DNA of 62,781 nt, filler included, from Sphacelaria rigidula (taxonomy: Eukaryota): NCBI GenBank assembly GCA_964200075.2. It is 6 parts of 6 records of this genome, joined end to end, with 100 filler letters (N's around TTAATTAATTAA, not from the genome) between each part and the next. Parts side by side here need not be neighbours in the genome. Positions count along the whole stretch, not along the records: positions 41,924 to 52,302 come from CAXNAA020006609.1; positions 52,403 to 62,781 come from CAXNAA020006610.1; 4 more parts are not named here. The stretch is one strand, 5' to 3'. Of this stretch, positions 48,201-59,792 are shown one piece after another. The notes below the pieces were generated by a model. That model was not told the DNA's origin, made no database searches, and worked only from the letters and a program-made list of their open reading frames with translations. The stretch's first letter is position 1, and each line of letters starts with the position of its first letter. Made by a program: the position numbers and the translations under genes.

Positions 48201-49225
48201 GATCATCATTCTCCTGGGTTGCACAACAAGCTCGCAACTGCAGTGCCATACGCTTCGTCTTCGGTTACACAATTCGGAACTTTTTTGGAGAGCACACTCA
48301 TCCATGTCTGAATCAGAACACCCGCTGTCATCCCTTTGCCAACCAACGCTCTACATTCGCTGTAATACGCGCTATTCCGTGCTGTAGATGACTCTTCGTA
48401 TTATGGCAACAGTTTACTCCCTGGACATTGTATGGTCAACAGATGCAATAGACAAAATATGTACTGAATAAAGTATAGGCCTATCGCAACTCTTGGCCGA
48501 AAATAGTTGCAACCGGCCTATACTTTACCCAGTACACTTATTGTCTATCGCATCTTTTGACCATATTTTGTCACGGGTGTGCAAGAGTTCAAGGGCAGGT
48601 CGAGTAGGGTATACATAATTGCGGGGTATTTTGAACGTCGTACTTAATGCACATAAATAGGGGTAGGGTATTAAGGGTTGCTCTCGAGTTATATTTTGGG
48701 ACCTGTGCGGCTTCTATTTATAACACCCTACCCCAATTTGAGTACTGGAAGTACGACTTTCAAAATATCCCGCAGTCGAGTACAGGTATACTCTACTCGA
48801 CCTGCCCTTGCAAAAGTTCAAACTGCAGAGTTATACCGCGATAAACCAACAAGGCGGCGAGGCCATGTAACTCTTCAATACAACATAACATTCGAAACGT
48901 CGTGGGACTATTCCATCCCCGATCCACACTCACTGACCGCTAGCGTGTCCATCTTGCTGGACAGCTGCTCCACATGCTTCATCATCTCGTCCAGCGTAAC
49001 AACAGCACCCCCACCTCTACTCTGGTGCGGAGCTGATGCCTCACCATCCGCGTTCGCTTCTCCAGTGGTCATGGCTGCGCCGCAAGGCGCTAAAGTGCCG
49101 CAGAGGATCAGGATGAGCATACAGTGACAGGATAGAGTGGAGAAGATCCACATACTATCTCTTGGTGGCGGTCTGCGACGAAGCATCGCAATGCTTCGTG
49201 GTCTAGGTCTTCTGCCCTGACGCAT
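42287..49225 (-). CDS. 5' part of a putative secretory-pathway or membrane protein gene; exon 1 49225-48938, exon 2 42534-~42287
   Basis: Exon 1 has a hydrophobic signal-like segment (MLILILCGTLAPCGAA) and LDEMMKHVEQLSSKMDTLA, with donor GCG|GTCAGT in phase 0. Exon 2 follows acceptor CCAG| in phase 0 and encodes ATLTTT..MYWVIAAVLAAYWARELLSMWMAVRYF. The start codon, the exon 2 donor and any intervening exons are uncertain. Confidence 0.5.
43791..44291 (+). repeat. Dispersed repeat family B, copy 1
   Basis: Co-linear with 46781-47288 (CACTGCGTAAGCTAGG, ACCATGATGGT.GTCGAGCTA, GCAAGATAATCA.TACGCTTCGG.CCGAACA, GTGCTCCGTCCCG). Confidence 0.88.
46720..47288 (+). repeat. Dispersed repeat family B, copy 2, with ~47-bp internal direct repeats
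   Basis: As for copy 1; AGCCTGGTC.GGCG..AAC..GGCGTGCTCCGTCCCGGCTTTGTAGG occurs at 46720 and 47185. Confidence 0.88.
48415..48581. mobile_element. Palindromic MITE A (167 bp) with termini related to the 5202-6852 element; 8-bp TSD
   Basis: Ends TACTCCCTGGACA...TGTCACGGGTGTG; arms pair along almost the whole length; flanks CAACAGTT / CAAGAGTT. Confidence 0.8.
48590..48810. mobile_element. MITE B (221 bp), CAAGGG...CCCTTG termini, 8-bp TSD (P- or hAT-like)
   Basis: TIR CAAGGGCAGGTCGAGTAGGGTATAC / GTATACTCTACTCGACCTGCCCTTG, 1 mismatch; flanks CAAGAGTT / CAAAAGTT. Confidence 0.9.
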
Positions 49226-50480
49226 GATATCTGTTCATGTAACCGACGTTACCCAGGCTGTAGGTGGCAGATACAATACTGTGGTTTCACAACAGCGGCA
49301 GATAAGATATTTTGATTTCAGCACGATGGTGCCTAGGCAATCGCCTTGGATCACGTGCACGGGTCGATAATCCTCTGTGCAAGTTTGATATCAGATGCTT
49401 GTCAGATGTCACATCTTATGCATGTCCCTCTATCCGTGGTTGGTCCTTCGTTGGGATGGCCACGCCACGCGTAGAAACTGTCATGCGCTTAATGGAATAT
49501 GACGCATGCATGGATTTAGTCAACGGCTAATGTGGACATTTTGGGGGATCCGTCAGGCAGGACAGATCGACTACACACAACTGCATGACTCGGAACCAGC
49601 AATAAGGAGAAATCCACGAGACGAAAAGAGATGGATATCAAAGGTGAATGTCATATTTTTCAATCTGCGCTTTTGATGCAGGATGCTGCTGTTGTGAAGG
49701 TTGCTGTACGTTGGCCTTGTTCGACCTATTCTGTGGACAACGGGCGGCTCTATTCCGATCTTTGATCTTTCCTCTTGTCTCTGCTGCCACCAGTGACATG
49801 AGGTAGCGCGGGTAGCGTGTCTGAAGGATCGCTGGCCTATCTGGCACATAGATAACACATCTAATCCATAGGCTTGCTATGTGAGAGACGATGTGTATCT
49901 TGGACAATGAGCTAGCATGGCTGAAAGGGTAAGCAATTGTGGTGAGTCAACCACGTGGTGTGAATAGGGTAGTACACGACAGACAGCAGGAACGTATCTT
50001 GTGGTGAGATCTACCGTTGACCGTTCATGCGAGAAGCGGATCCGAAAAAAGTGGCAGTCCGGTATGTTGTGTGTGATGTGTAGATAGCTGTAGCAGAAAG
50101 ATGGAGAGAGACATTAGAACAATAGAACATCAGACTAGTTCTACTATTGGGGGGAGGCAGGGGTGGGGGGGCGGGTTGATCGCACGAAACAACAAAGTGC
50201 AGTGTGTGTGTGTTTGTTCTCGATCTCATTCTTCATTCATCAAACACCACGCGCGGTTGTGTGCGGCTGAACAGGTTGTCGCCCGCGGTGTGCACGCGTG
50301 TCACGTTGATAAGAAGAGCACATTGTTCGCACGAAACTGCTGCTTACAGCGACGCTTCAAAGTAACCACCCCTCCCTGTCGCAGGATCAGATATCATATC
50401 GTGTAACAGGAGCTTGGCCAGCCGTCATTTTTTTTTCGGGTGATGGGTGACGCGCGGCTTGATAATTAATTCAAGGAATC

Positions 50481-50943
50481 AGACCACTTTTTTATGGGGA
50501 CCAATCTGTATTTGTACAAATCTGAGGATTTCAGCCCGTCTACAGGCTGTTTTCTCCCCGTGGATTGATTTTTCGGACCCCAGTCCGTTGAGAAATATTT
50601 TCCGGCTAGCTGTGAGAAAACAAGGGCAATTATCCGATTCTCTGGAAGTTGGCTCTTGGTATGTCACCTTTCTGCTCATATCGGGACACTCCCGAATCCA
50701 TACAGATCGGCGCCCCAAGTCTGTATGGATTCGGGAGTGTCCCGATATGAGCAGAAATGTGACATGCCAGAAATAAACTTCCAGAGAATCTGAGGATTGA
50801 TCTTGTTTTCTCACAGCCAGCCGAAAAACATTGCTCAACAGGCTGGGATCCGAAAAGTCAATCACCGGGAGAAAATCGCCTGTAGACGGGCTGAAATTCT
50901 CAGATTTGTCCAAATACAGATTGGTACCCATAAAAAATGGTCT
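50481..50943. mobile_element. Foldback element, ~225-bp arms and 13-nt loop (may extend to ~50454-50985)
   Basis: Inner 38 bp are perfectly inverted (TTTCTGCTCATATCGGGACACTCCCGAATCCATACAGA); outer arms are imperfect. Confidence 0.9.
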
Positions 50944-51200
50944 TGAGTACTGAAGTTCGACATTTATTTTTATTTTATCAAGACGCAAACCATTTATGAA
51001 GATACGAAGGGGAAAAAACCCAAAGAAAGTTGAAGCGATTTGAAATTTCGGCAAAAGTAGAAAACGCCACGACTCCATGAAAAAAACAGAACACAGCCGT
51101 GTGCCGAAGTGCGTGTTGTTTGCGCACGGAGTATCTTGGTAAAAAATAGGTTAAACGCTTCTAAATTTGGGGTCGCGCGTGAAACTTTTTGTGTGATATC

Positions 51201-51960
51201 TGTCAACATGTCACAGATACCAATGAGCCAAACACTCAGTGCTGATTGTTTAGCTCAGTGGTAGCGTGTGTTAAGATGTCACAGGTACCACTGAGCTAAA
51301 CAGTCAGCGCTGGCTGTTTAGCTCAGTGGTACCTGTGACGTCTTAACAAAAGCAAATCCCTGGGTCCTTCAGGCTGTTCAGCCATCGAACCCACTTTCAC
51401 CTCAGGGTTGCCATCCCTGTAATCAACGCAAGCTTATCTGTGCTTCTTCTTTCCAGGGTGCAGAAAACTCGCCGTGCGGAACGATCCGAGTTCCCCTGAA
51501 AAGAAGGAATCCCGACCCACGGGGGTTTGAACCCCGAGATTAGCTACTACTGTCAAGATGTCACAGATACCTCTGAGTTAAACAGCCAGCGTCTTAACAT
51601 AAGCTCATACCGAGGTTCAAACCCCCACGAGTCGGGATCCCTTCTTTTCAGGAGTACTCGGACCGCTATGTACGGTGAGTATTCTTCGCCTTGTAAATAA
51701 GAAGCACATGAAAGCTTTTTCGTTGATTACAGGGGTGGCAACCCTTGGGTGGAAGTGGGTCCGATGGCTCAACAGCCTGAGGGGCCCAGGGATTAGCTTT
51801 TGTTAAGATGTCACAGGTACCACTGAGATAAACAGGCAGCGCTGACTGTTTAGCTCAGTGGTACCTGTGACATCTTAACAATATCGCGGCGCCCCGGTGT
51901 TTCAACTCACAGAGGAGCCTCCATTTACATAGGTCCCGAGTTCGAATCCCGACACGACCT
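51201..51960. mobile_element. Concatemer of units bounded by a 40-bp TIR, with tRNA-type Pol III A and B boxes
   Basis: 80-bp palindromes at 51269-51348 and 51801-51880; partial ones at 51201-51268 and 51551-51599. A ~200-bp body occurs inverted (51349-51550) and forward (51600-51800). A box TAGCTCAGTGG lies in the TIR; B boxes are at 51523-51533 (-), 51614-51624 (+) and 51938-51950 (+). Confidence 0.85.
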
Positions 51961-52302
51961 TCTTTCCCTCCACATATTACAGTATTTTTTTATCCAACTG
52001 TGAGAAGAAGCGGTCACTATCGGGGATTGGATCGAGGAAAAGCATTACAGCCCAGTCCGAGTTGGATACTTGTGCGCTCGTTATATATGACAATCGGGTC
52101 GGAGGTCCTCAACCATACTGGAGCTGCTGACGTTCTTGATGCCATCTCGCAGCATTCTCAGTGCACCCTTGACTGTATGTGTCAAAGTTGTCATACGTAA
52201 TTCCGCCGTGCTTTATAGAAAAACTTACAACACGCCATCACGCCACAATAAACAGTGTTTTCGTGAGATCGAGAGTAGATGATACGATTGAGAGTGGCTT
52301 TG

Positions 52303-52402
52303 NNNNNNNNNNNNNNNNNNNNNNNNNNNNNNNNNNNNNNNNNNNNTTAATTAATTAANNNNNNNNNNNNNNNNNNNNNNNNNNNNNNNNNNNNNNNNNN
52401 NN
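52303..52402. other. Artificial contig linker
   Basis: Same 44N-TTAATTAATTAA-44N structure. Confidence 0.98.
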
Positions 52403-53304
52403 CCAATTGCAACGATCCGGTGAAGGCCGGGTGGCTAGCTTCGTGCATTGCAGTTTTGGTGGCGTTTGGGTTACTGTACTGCAGTTTGCAGTCAAGCTTG
52501 GAGAGAGCGGCGATGGAAAGGCCGGAAAAATTCTGCTCGCGAGGGGTGAGCGCATCTAAGGTGGGGGCGCACATTCCCCCTCCCCACGAGGATATGGTGC
52601 ATGGTGGGGATAAGGTGCATGGTACTCGCCCGGAGGAGGTGATGGACTTCAATTTCCTCAGCGATGGAGCGAGTGGTCAGCTGGAAAATGGTGGGTTGGA
52701 CGACGGAGATCCGATCCAAGATAATTTGGCGATCAAAGACGATGTGAGCAACTTCGGGTGTTTGGAGCCCACAAAGTCTAGTGTGGAGGCGAAGAAGGTG
52801 GAGTATCTTCTGACATGGCTCAAAGAAAAAGCGATGGGGTCGCCGGAGGTATGGGTCGGCGATACGGGATGGCATGTGAAGAATTGTGCGGTGAGAGCGT
52901 TCAATAAGGCGTTGATGGATTGTAGATTTCGGATGGTCAATTTGTCGTTGTCCCATCGTAAATGTAAACGAATGATGCATGATATTGCTCATATGATGTC
53001 AGAGGCTATAAGTTCCGAAATTACCCTCCGGGCGTTATACGAGGCCCGGTACAGTTTCTGTAGTAGCTTGCCACTGAAGCCTTTGATATCCCTGAGTCGG
53101 ATATCGACGTGTAGCTCTAAGCGCGCGACAGTGTTTCAGGCACAGAAAAGCACACACACACGAAAGGAATTGGTCAAGTTAGAGCGAATAACAGCACTCA
53201 GTCTCAATTAACGCTAGACTCTCAATCTCACCAAAACAATGTCTACCGTACACTAGGAACACCAAGAACGAACAAGACATGAGACACGGGATTCGAAAAA
53301 AAAA

Positions 53305-54881
53305 TCACGCGCGGAATAGTGACTCTAAAGAGCTGCAGAGAGAGCTTACCAGAGGTGTGAAGTAAAGGGCTTTGTAGCTGAATTCAAGAACAGAAAGGCA
53401 GCAGGGGCAGACGAAGTAATGAATAAAGCTCTGAAGTACGAGAGAGGGGGAATGATTATCGTGATGATTATGTTGCGGAATTGGATATGGGAAAACGAGT
53501 ACACACCCAAGAAATGGGGAGAAGGAGTAGTAGTTAACTTTTTCAAGCATGCAGACACGGTCAGGGAATTATAGAGCGATGTCGCTACTGAGCACCGCAG
53601 GGAGAACCTTTGTAAGATTCTGAGCGATAGAGTGCGAACGATGCGAGAAATGGAAGAAAAAAACAGCGAGGGACAAGCAGGTTTTAGACCAAACCGTAAA
53701 TTCGTAGACCATGCGTACACATTAGGTGAGAATGTCAAAGGTAGGAAGGACGCCGGGCTGACAACATACTGTTTCTTCCTGGAAGTGCAAAAGGCATAGG
53801 ACACAGTATGGAGAAGTGGGTTGTGGAAAATGAGGTAGGACAAAAATGGTCAAGAATGCTGATCCTCAGAGACTCGCACCTAGATACTAGGATTGAGAGA
53901 TATCTTCGGATGAATGTGATTGTGCCGAAGCTGCAATATTTAGGTGAGTATGGGAGGGGACCGTGAAGTTGGTAAAGATGTGAGAAACAGTACAGATGGC
54001 AGAAGCCAAGAAGATACGTGGATGCTCAAAAACGACGAGTAATATTACAGTATTAAGAACAGAGTTGGGGTTTTGCCTACATGAAACAAATAGAGGCGTG
54101 AGAATATTGAGATGGCAATATAGCGTACGGACCATGTCAAAAAATATATTACCGGCCAAAGTTGGTAGGGACGTATGGAAGAAAGTGACGAAAGGGCAGG
54201 CTAGAATAAGGCGCGGTAGCGTGGTAGAGAAATGATGGAAGGGCATAGGAAAAAACCAAGAGAAGAAAATGTCAGCAAGTGAACGGGTACAAGACCAAAA
54301 TAAGGGGAAAAGAAGCGCTTAGACGGAAACTAGACGAGGAAGAGCACCTGAAGATATACGGGGGATTGAGAGAGGGGATAGGAATGAAGACATATCTGCA
54401 TGATGACCCAACGGACTCCGCAAAACAATTGAAACTGTGGTTTCGGTTGGGAGACCTGCATCTGCATGAAAGAAGGAAGAGTTATACCAGTGGTCGAGTA
54501 GAGGAGGGAGTGGATGCACATAATTGCCCCTGTGGTGAAGCAATAGCGAGTAAACCTCAATTAATGGCAGAATGAAAATCAAACAAGGAGCAACGGGACG
54601 TGCTAGAGGGGGAATCGGGGGAAGTAAACGAAGGCGGCATGAAAAGATTTGGCACATTAGACTGTAGCGAGAAAACGATTACTACAATAGAAGATATGCG
54701 GGGGCCACAGACGGTGAATCAGGAAGGGGATAAGATTTGTACAAAGTTTTTGTGCGATGCATGGAAGAAACGACATGAGCGCCCACATGTTGGAGGTGTC
54801 TCTAGTAAGATTAGGAACCGTGCTTCGTCTCAATTGGGATTCGTGTTCAATGGTCAAATGACTATGGCAAGCAACGAATAA
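53305..54881 (+). mobile_element. Decayed LINE, RT N-terminus fused to the C-terminal region (RT catalytic core deleted near 53838)
   Basis: KNRKAAGADE, W.EGVVVNFFK, NYRAMSLLS, EGQAGFRPNR..DHAYTL, CFFLEVQKA*DTVWRSGLW; then IVPKLQY, VLRTELG, HLKIYGGL..YLH, and a CPCGE zinc-finger remnant. Many stops and frameshifts. Confidence 0.9.
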
Positions 54882-54884
54882 GTT

Positions 54885-56980
54885 TCTCCTCTCTCCTGCT
54901 GCCTTTGTGTCTTTTATTTTAGCTATGCACTCCTTTACTTCCTCTCGTACGAATTATCTCTGGCATTCGTTGAAGCCATTGTCTTCCCGCTTCGATGCCT
55001 CTAAGCTTTCCTCTGACGATGCGTTGATTCCTATCTCGAATCCCGCGTCGAGATCTTGACACTTGATGGTGTTCCTAGTTTTCGGTAGTGTTCTACCGAT
55101 ACTTCTCTCTTTAATTTCGAACTACTAACCAATTTACCGTTCTCTACCCGTAGCGTGGCTATCACGTTGTCTGCCTCTCCTGCCTGGTTCCCACCACCCC
55201 TTTTATCCCTACCCGCATTTTTCTGTATCCTGCCACCGAAATCTCCATTGGTTTTACTCACTACATCTTCTCATACTCCCTTCTTATCTACAAGTCGTTT
55301 TTTTTATCTCATTTTGAGCTTTAGTATACTCCTCCCACCCTATCGTAGTTTTACTCGATATAAATATACCTTGCGTAGGACTCTCTCCTTACTCGTGAAG
55401 CCTCTTTTACTCACTCATCCCACCATTTACTGCTCTTTTGCATACGATCAGTGTTTCCCCTATGCCTTTACTTACTGTGGCCTCGATCAATTGCTTCCAT
55501 CCTTCCATAATCTTCGCTCCTTCCCGATCCCTTTCTATTTCGGTATGTGCTGTACGTACGCGTTCCAACGTCTCGAAAACGTTCACAGCATTTGTGGCCG
55601 TATCTTCTTGGACCTTTTGCTGTCCTTCCTCCATTTCAAGGTTACCTATCCTCCATTTGTACAACTTCCTGCGCCGTCTATTTTTGTTTCCTGTTATCAG
55701 TTGGTTATATGTCCAGATTAGTCAGTGATCCGCAGTTCCTTCGTCCGCTGCGTATACACGTGCTTCTGTTTTCTCATCAGCTCGATTCTTTACCACTTTG
55801 CGGTCAGGAATGAGACTACTTCACTTTCGTATGAATTGTCCAGTCCATTCCTGATCTAGGTTATCACTCAATTTTTCGAAGCCTCCATCTCGTTGTTATC
55901 AAGGGTTTTCTACATGTCTCCTCTTGTCGCATTCTCCTTCGTTTTCCCCATAGTGCCCAATCTTATCATTCGGTTGGCTTGCATTTTCCAATCTTCGCAT
56001 GAAAACCTCCCACTCACACTACTTCTACTCTCCTTTTGTTCTTCTATACATACGTTGCTATCCGTTTGAACGTCCTCTGATAACTTTCTTCCGTACTCTT
56101 TGACGTTGGAGGCATATAAATGTTCCCTAAGAAAACGTATTCCGTTCACCGCCCTCCTGGTACCTTATTCATATGGTCTCGTCGAATTTCATGTCTATAA
56201 CTACTTCCATTGCATCACAGATAATTCCTTGATTGAGATTACTAATTCCCCCGGCTCCCCTATTGTTGTCTTTCCGTCCCTTCCTCTCTTCCCCTATCCA
56301 TGCGTACTCTTCAACTTTGCATCCTATTCCGACCTCATCCTTCTCCCATGACTCTTGGATTTCCACCATATCTAGGTCGCGTATATTTGTCCGATTATCT
56401 CTAGCCTCTTGCGCTCTTCCGTATCGAACCCACACACGTTCCACGATCATATTCTCAAGTTCTTCATCTGGTCATCATCCACTCCCATTTTTGTATACTG
56501 TTCTTTCTCTCTCGTTTCTACTTCTGTTCTGCCTCTCTAAAATTTTCTTTCTCTTCCCGGTTGGTTCCTTGTCTGTTTGCTCTGGGCCCTCCCCCCCCCC
56601 CCGATTTCCCTTCAGGGCGTTTACTCGTTCCCGCGTCCCCGTACCTCCATTTACCCGAGGGAGGCGTCTTCCGTTCGACGTTCCATCAGTCATACATACT
56701 TCCCATCCTACATTTCTACCCCTTGCCTACACCTTAGTTTCCTTCATCTTTTCCCACTCCTTGCCCACTCTTTGTTTAAGCGTGACTTGGAGGTGTTCTC
56801 GCTCCCTTTCTACTTCTCATATTACCAAACAGTATAGTTCTACTTCATCGCATTTTCTTGGACTCTATTCTCGTCATATCGCGACGGACTCGATTTTCGA
56901 GCAATACCAGTACTTTACCCGCCCAATCCTTGTTTCTCCATCTACCCTACCTTACCGTCTCTCTCTCGATCTCTTTTGAG
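54885..56980 (-). mobile_element. Decayed LINE 5' part (upstream region, APE endonuclease, linker, start of RT), facing the previous fragment
   Basis: DLDMVEIQESW..YAWIG..RGAGG (APE N-terminus, 56400-56245); VGGFHAKIG (GDFNAxIG equivalent, ~56000); linker TLRVENGKLVSS..VEHYRKLG; ends REEVKECIAKIKDTKAAGE. The upstream boundary is approximate. Confidence 0.82.
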
Positions 56981-59721
56981 AGTATAGATACTCAGAGATC
57001 TCTAGCTTGTTTTCTTGAATATTGAAGTAGGACGCAATCAAGGTACTGGGACATCCAAATCCTAGTATTTGCCGTGGGTCTGGTGTCTTTCAACTCTTTT
57101 GCTGGCCCACCGACACTAAATAATGTCTCCAACACGGGCTCGTAGCCTGAAGCCAAAGTCAACACCCTTGACACAAGTACCTCACTTTTGTGCCAGGCGA
57201 TCGGCATGGTAACCATCCAGGCGTCCCACGATCGTACCTTGTACCCTCTTGCCCCACTGCTGTACTGGTTACTTTCCTCCACGGAGGTCAATCTCACGAT
57301 GCAAGGTCCAAGGACGGCTTGCATTACACCAAGCTTACTCACACATGGGGATGTCCCGTACGTCCCTTCTTCCAATTATGTGTACGTGTCACCATGGGTC
57401 GCTACTCCACTATAATAGTGCTCCCGAATAGACCTTCACTGCCAAAGGCTTGGCCAACGATTCTCACACATTTTGTGCTCGCGTTTATCCTTCAAGATCT
57501 TAAGAAGCTCACGAATCGCATTGTGTTCCATATTGTCGGTCATGCGGACGGTCATTTGGTCATTTGTGTATTTTGGCAAGGATTCATTTGTTTCATGAGT
57601 ATAGCAGGTCTTTGCGTCATTATCATGGATCATCCACCCCATTCCTTCATTTAACGCCCATGCACCTAATATTGGGGACTGGTGGGAAGACCACGGGATG
57701 GGGGACGGCAGTCCCAGACGGGAACTGAGACTACAGGAGTGTCTAACCGATGCCGCACCGGGGATGACAGTGAAAAAAAGAGATGATAACTCGGCGAGTG
57801 AGGACAGCGGTCACTCGAGTACGTTCGGTAATGAGAGAAAGGGCAACGGAGCACGATGATAAAGGAGGGCCGGAGACGACGACGACGCAGAAGAGAAAGA
57901 GAAGAAAGAAGCGCAATCAGAAGGAGGTGTGAGGCAGAACCAGCATGCACATAACGACAGAAGAGTGTGCGGGAGAGGGCGTAAGAGGCCCAAAAAGCGT
58001 GTAGAAGACCATCTTTGGACGAAACCATAGGGGCGTCGGCCAAGGAACTATTGGTACCCAAGGCAAGCCCGGGCGGACGCACGAGGCGACCGAAAAAGAC
58101 GGTTCCTTCGTGGAAGTTGTGAGGGATTCTTCCGGAAGGCGGTGAGGAACAGTTCCTTCTCCTCGTTTGGTATCGCGCACCCCTCCATACAGGTCTTCTC
58201 CACGTCTTCACTCAGGAGCGTGCTGTCTAGTGCTTGGGGTGACAGTCGTAGTAATCATATTTTCATTCATTGGCCAGCGTCTACTATACGGTGATCACTG
58301 GTACGTACATCCGTATTTGATTCGAACCATGGTTTCATAGCCTTTTGTTTTGCATAAGAGTGTTTGCCAAAACATCTAGCTATAAGTGAACCCCCAATAA
58401 TAAGGTGCGCGACAGATAGGACGGTAGAAGGAGTCAAGTTCGACAACTGCACAACAGCCAGGGATTGACTTTTTGTGGAATAGGTTCCAAATTGTTTGAT
58501 AGTCTTCCCCCGTCCCATAAGTAGAGATCCTTATGGGGGGCAGATCATTCCTCGCCAATGGAGTTGCCTACGATGCTCAAGTTAAGTTTGCTGAAAATCT
58601 ATGGATACGGTGATGCCAATAAAACATGATGAAAAAACGACTTGGACATACTGAGAATTAGTGGGTCAAAAAGTGAGAAATCTGGCGGGTTTCGGGATAT
58701 ATATCTTTTTAATTTCACGCTATTTACGATGTTTGGAGGCCCACCGCCTCCCACAACCATAATGGATAACCCACCAAAACGTAAACGAGGCGCCGAAGTA
58801 TCGTTGGGCCGCCGTTAGGCCATGGCGGTGGAGACAGCGTCGGCCATTCCACCAGGCAAATCAAGGGTGCCCACGGGCACTCTAGCCCCCATGCCGGAGA
58901 GTTACGGTATTAGCGCTGGTTACCCATCGAAATAATCGGTTCGAGTGTAAAGCCCAGGTCAACGGAACCGGGGAGCTCGACCACACAAGCAAACCTTGTA
59001 GTGGGCGGCTGCCACTTCTTACCCCAACAAAATCTCTGCACTGCGGAAGATCAACAACGATAATCGGTCATTTACGATCAGAGGAGCGTCCGATCATCGA
59101 AGTATAACCAAGCACTACATGCGATCGGCGATAAAGACTTTGGTGTAGAGCATGCCGGGGTATCGGCGCGGCAAAAGGCAGGAACGTTAGAAAAAGTGGT
59201 AAATCATGATGAGGGGGTCTTTATGAAGGCCTGAGACTATCTAGCACCAAGCCCCAGTGACGGCGAGGACGATTTACAAAAATGTTTTGATTTTTTTCGA
59301 CACTTTTTCGCCCCTGGAAAAGGGGCGAAATACGGCTTTTCTCGGGTCGACTGCTCTTTTTTCGGCCGTTCATGCATGCCGGGTGGTGCATTAAAAAAAT
59401 AGAAAACACGGATTCCAACTAAAAAAATACCGAAGAATAAAGCAAAATACTGCTTATGGCGTCGGACACAATCAAGGGTCTGTGTAATCATAAGAACTTT
59501 TACTTATGGGACAGAAGAAGCATATTTTTGAGAAATTTTGTCATTCTGAATCTATTTCTTGTAAACAAATATTGCTATTTTTGAGCACCTCGTCCCGGAC
59601 CCCAGCCAGTGTCCCAGACGCCAGCCAGTGCTCCAATGTCATCTGACACTGCTGTGGGAACCACCAGATAGAAAAGAAAAATTCCCACAAGTGTCCGTCG
59701 AGGAGTTTCGTTTCCACATTT

Positions 59722-59792
59722 GACGAGGCCATGGCATAACTCGTATGCTTTCATGAGCAGAGGGTCCCGGGTTCGAATCTCAGCTTCCACCA
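59722..59792 (+). ncRNA. tRNA-like remnant (SINE-like)
   Basis: GGTCCCGGGTTCGAATCTCAG variable loop/T arm with B box, ending CCACCA; the 5' half is degenerate. Confidence 0.4.

Noticed and set aside
51760-51795. Hammerhead ribozyme in the body of the TIR/SINE unit
   Set aside because: CTGAGGG/CTGAAGG does not match CUGANGA and no correctly placed GAAA follows.
57670-58210. Possible gag-like remnant with basic stretch KRKRRKKR
   Set aside because: No intact zinc knuckle or adjoining pol motifs.
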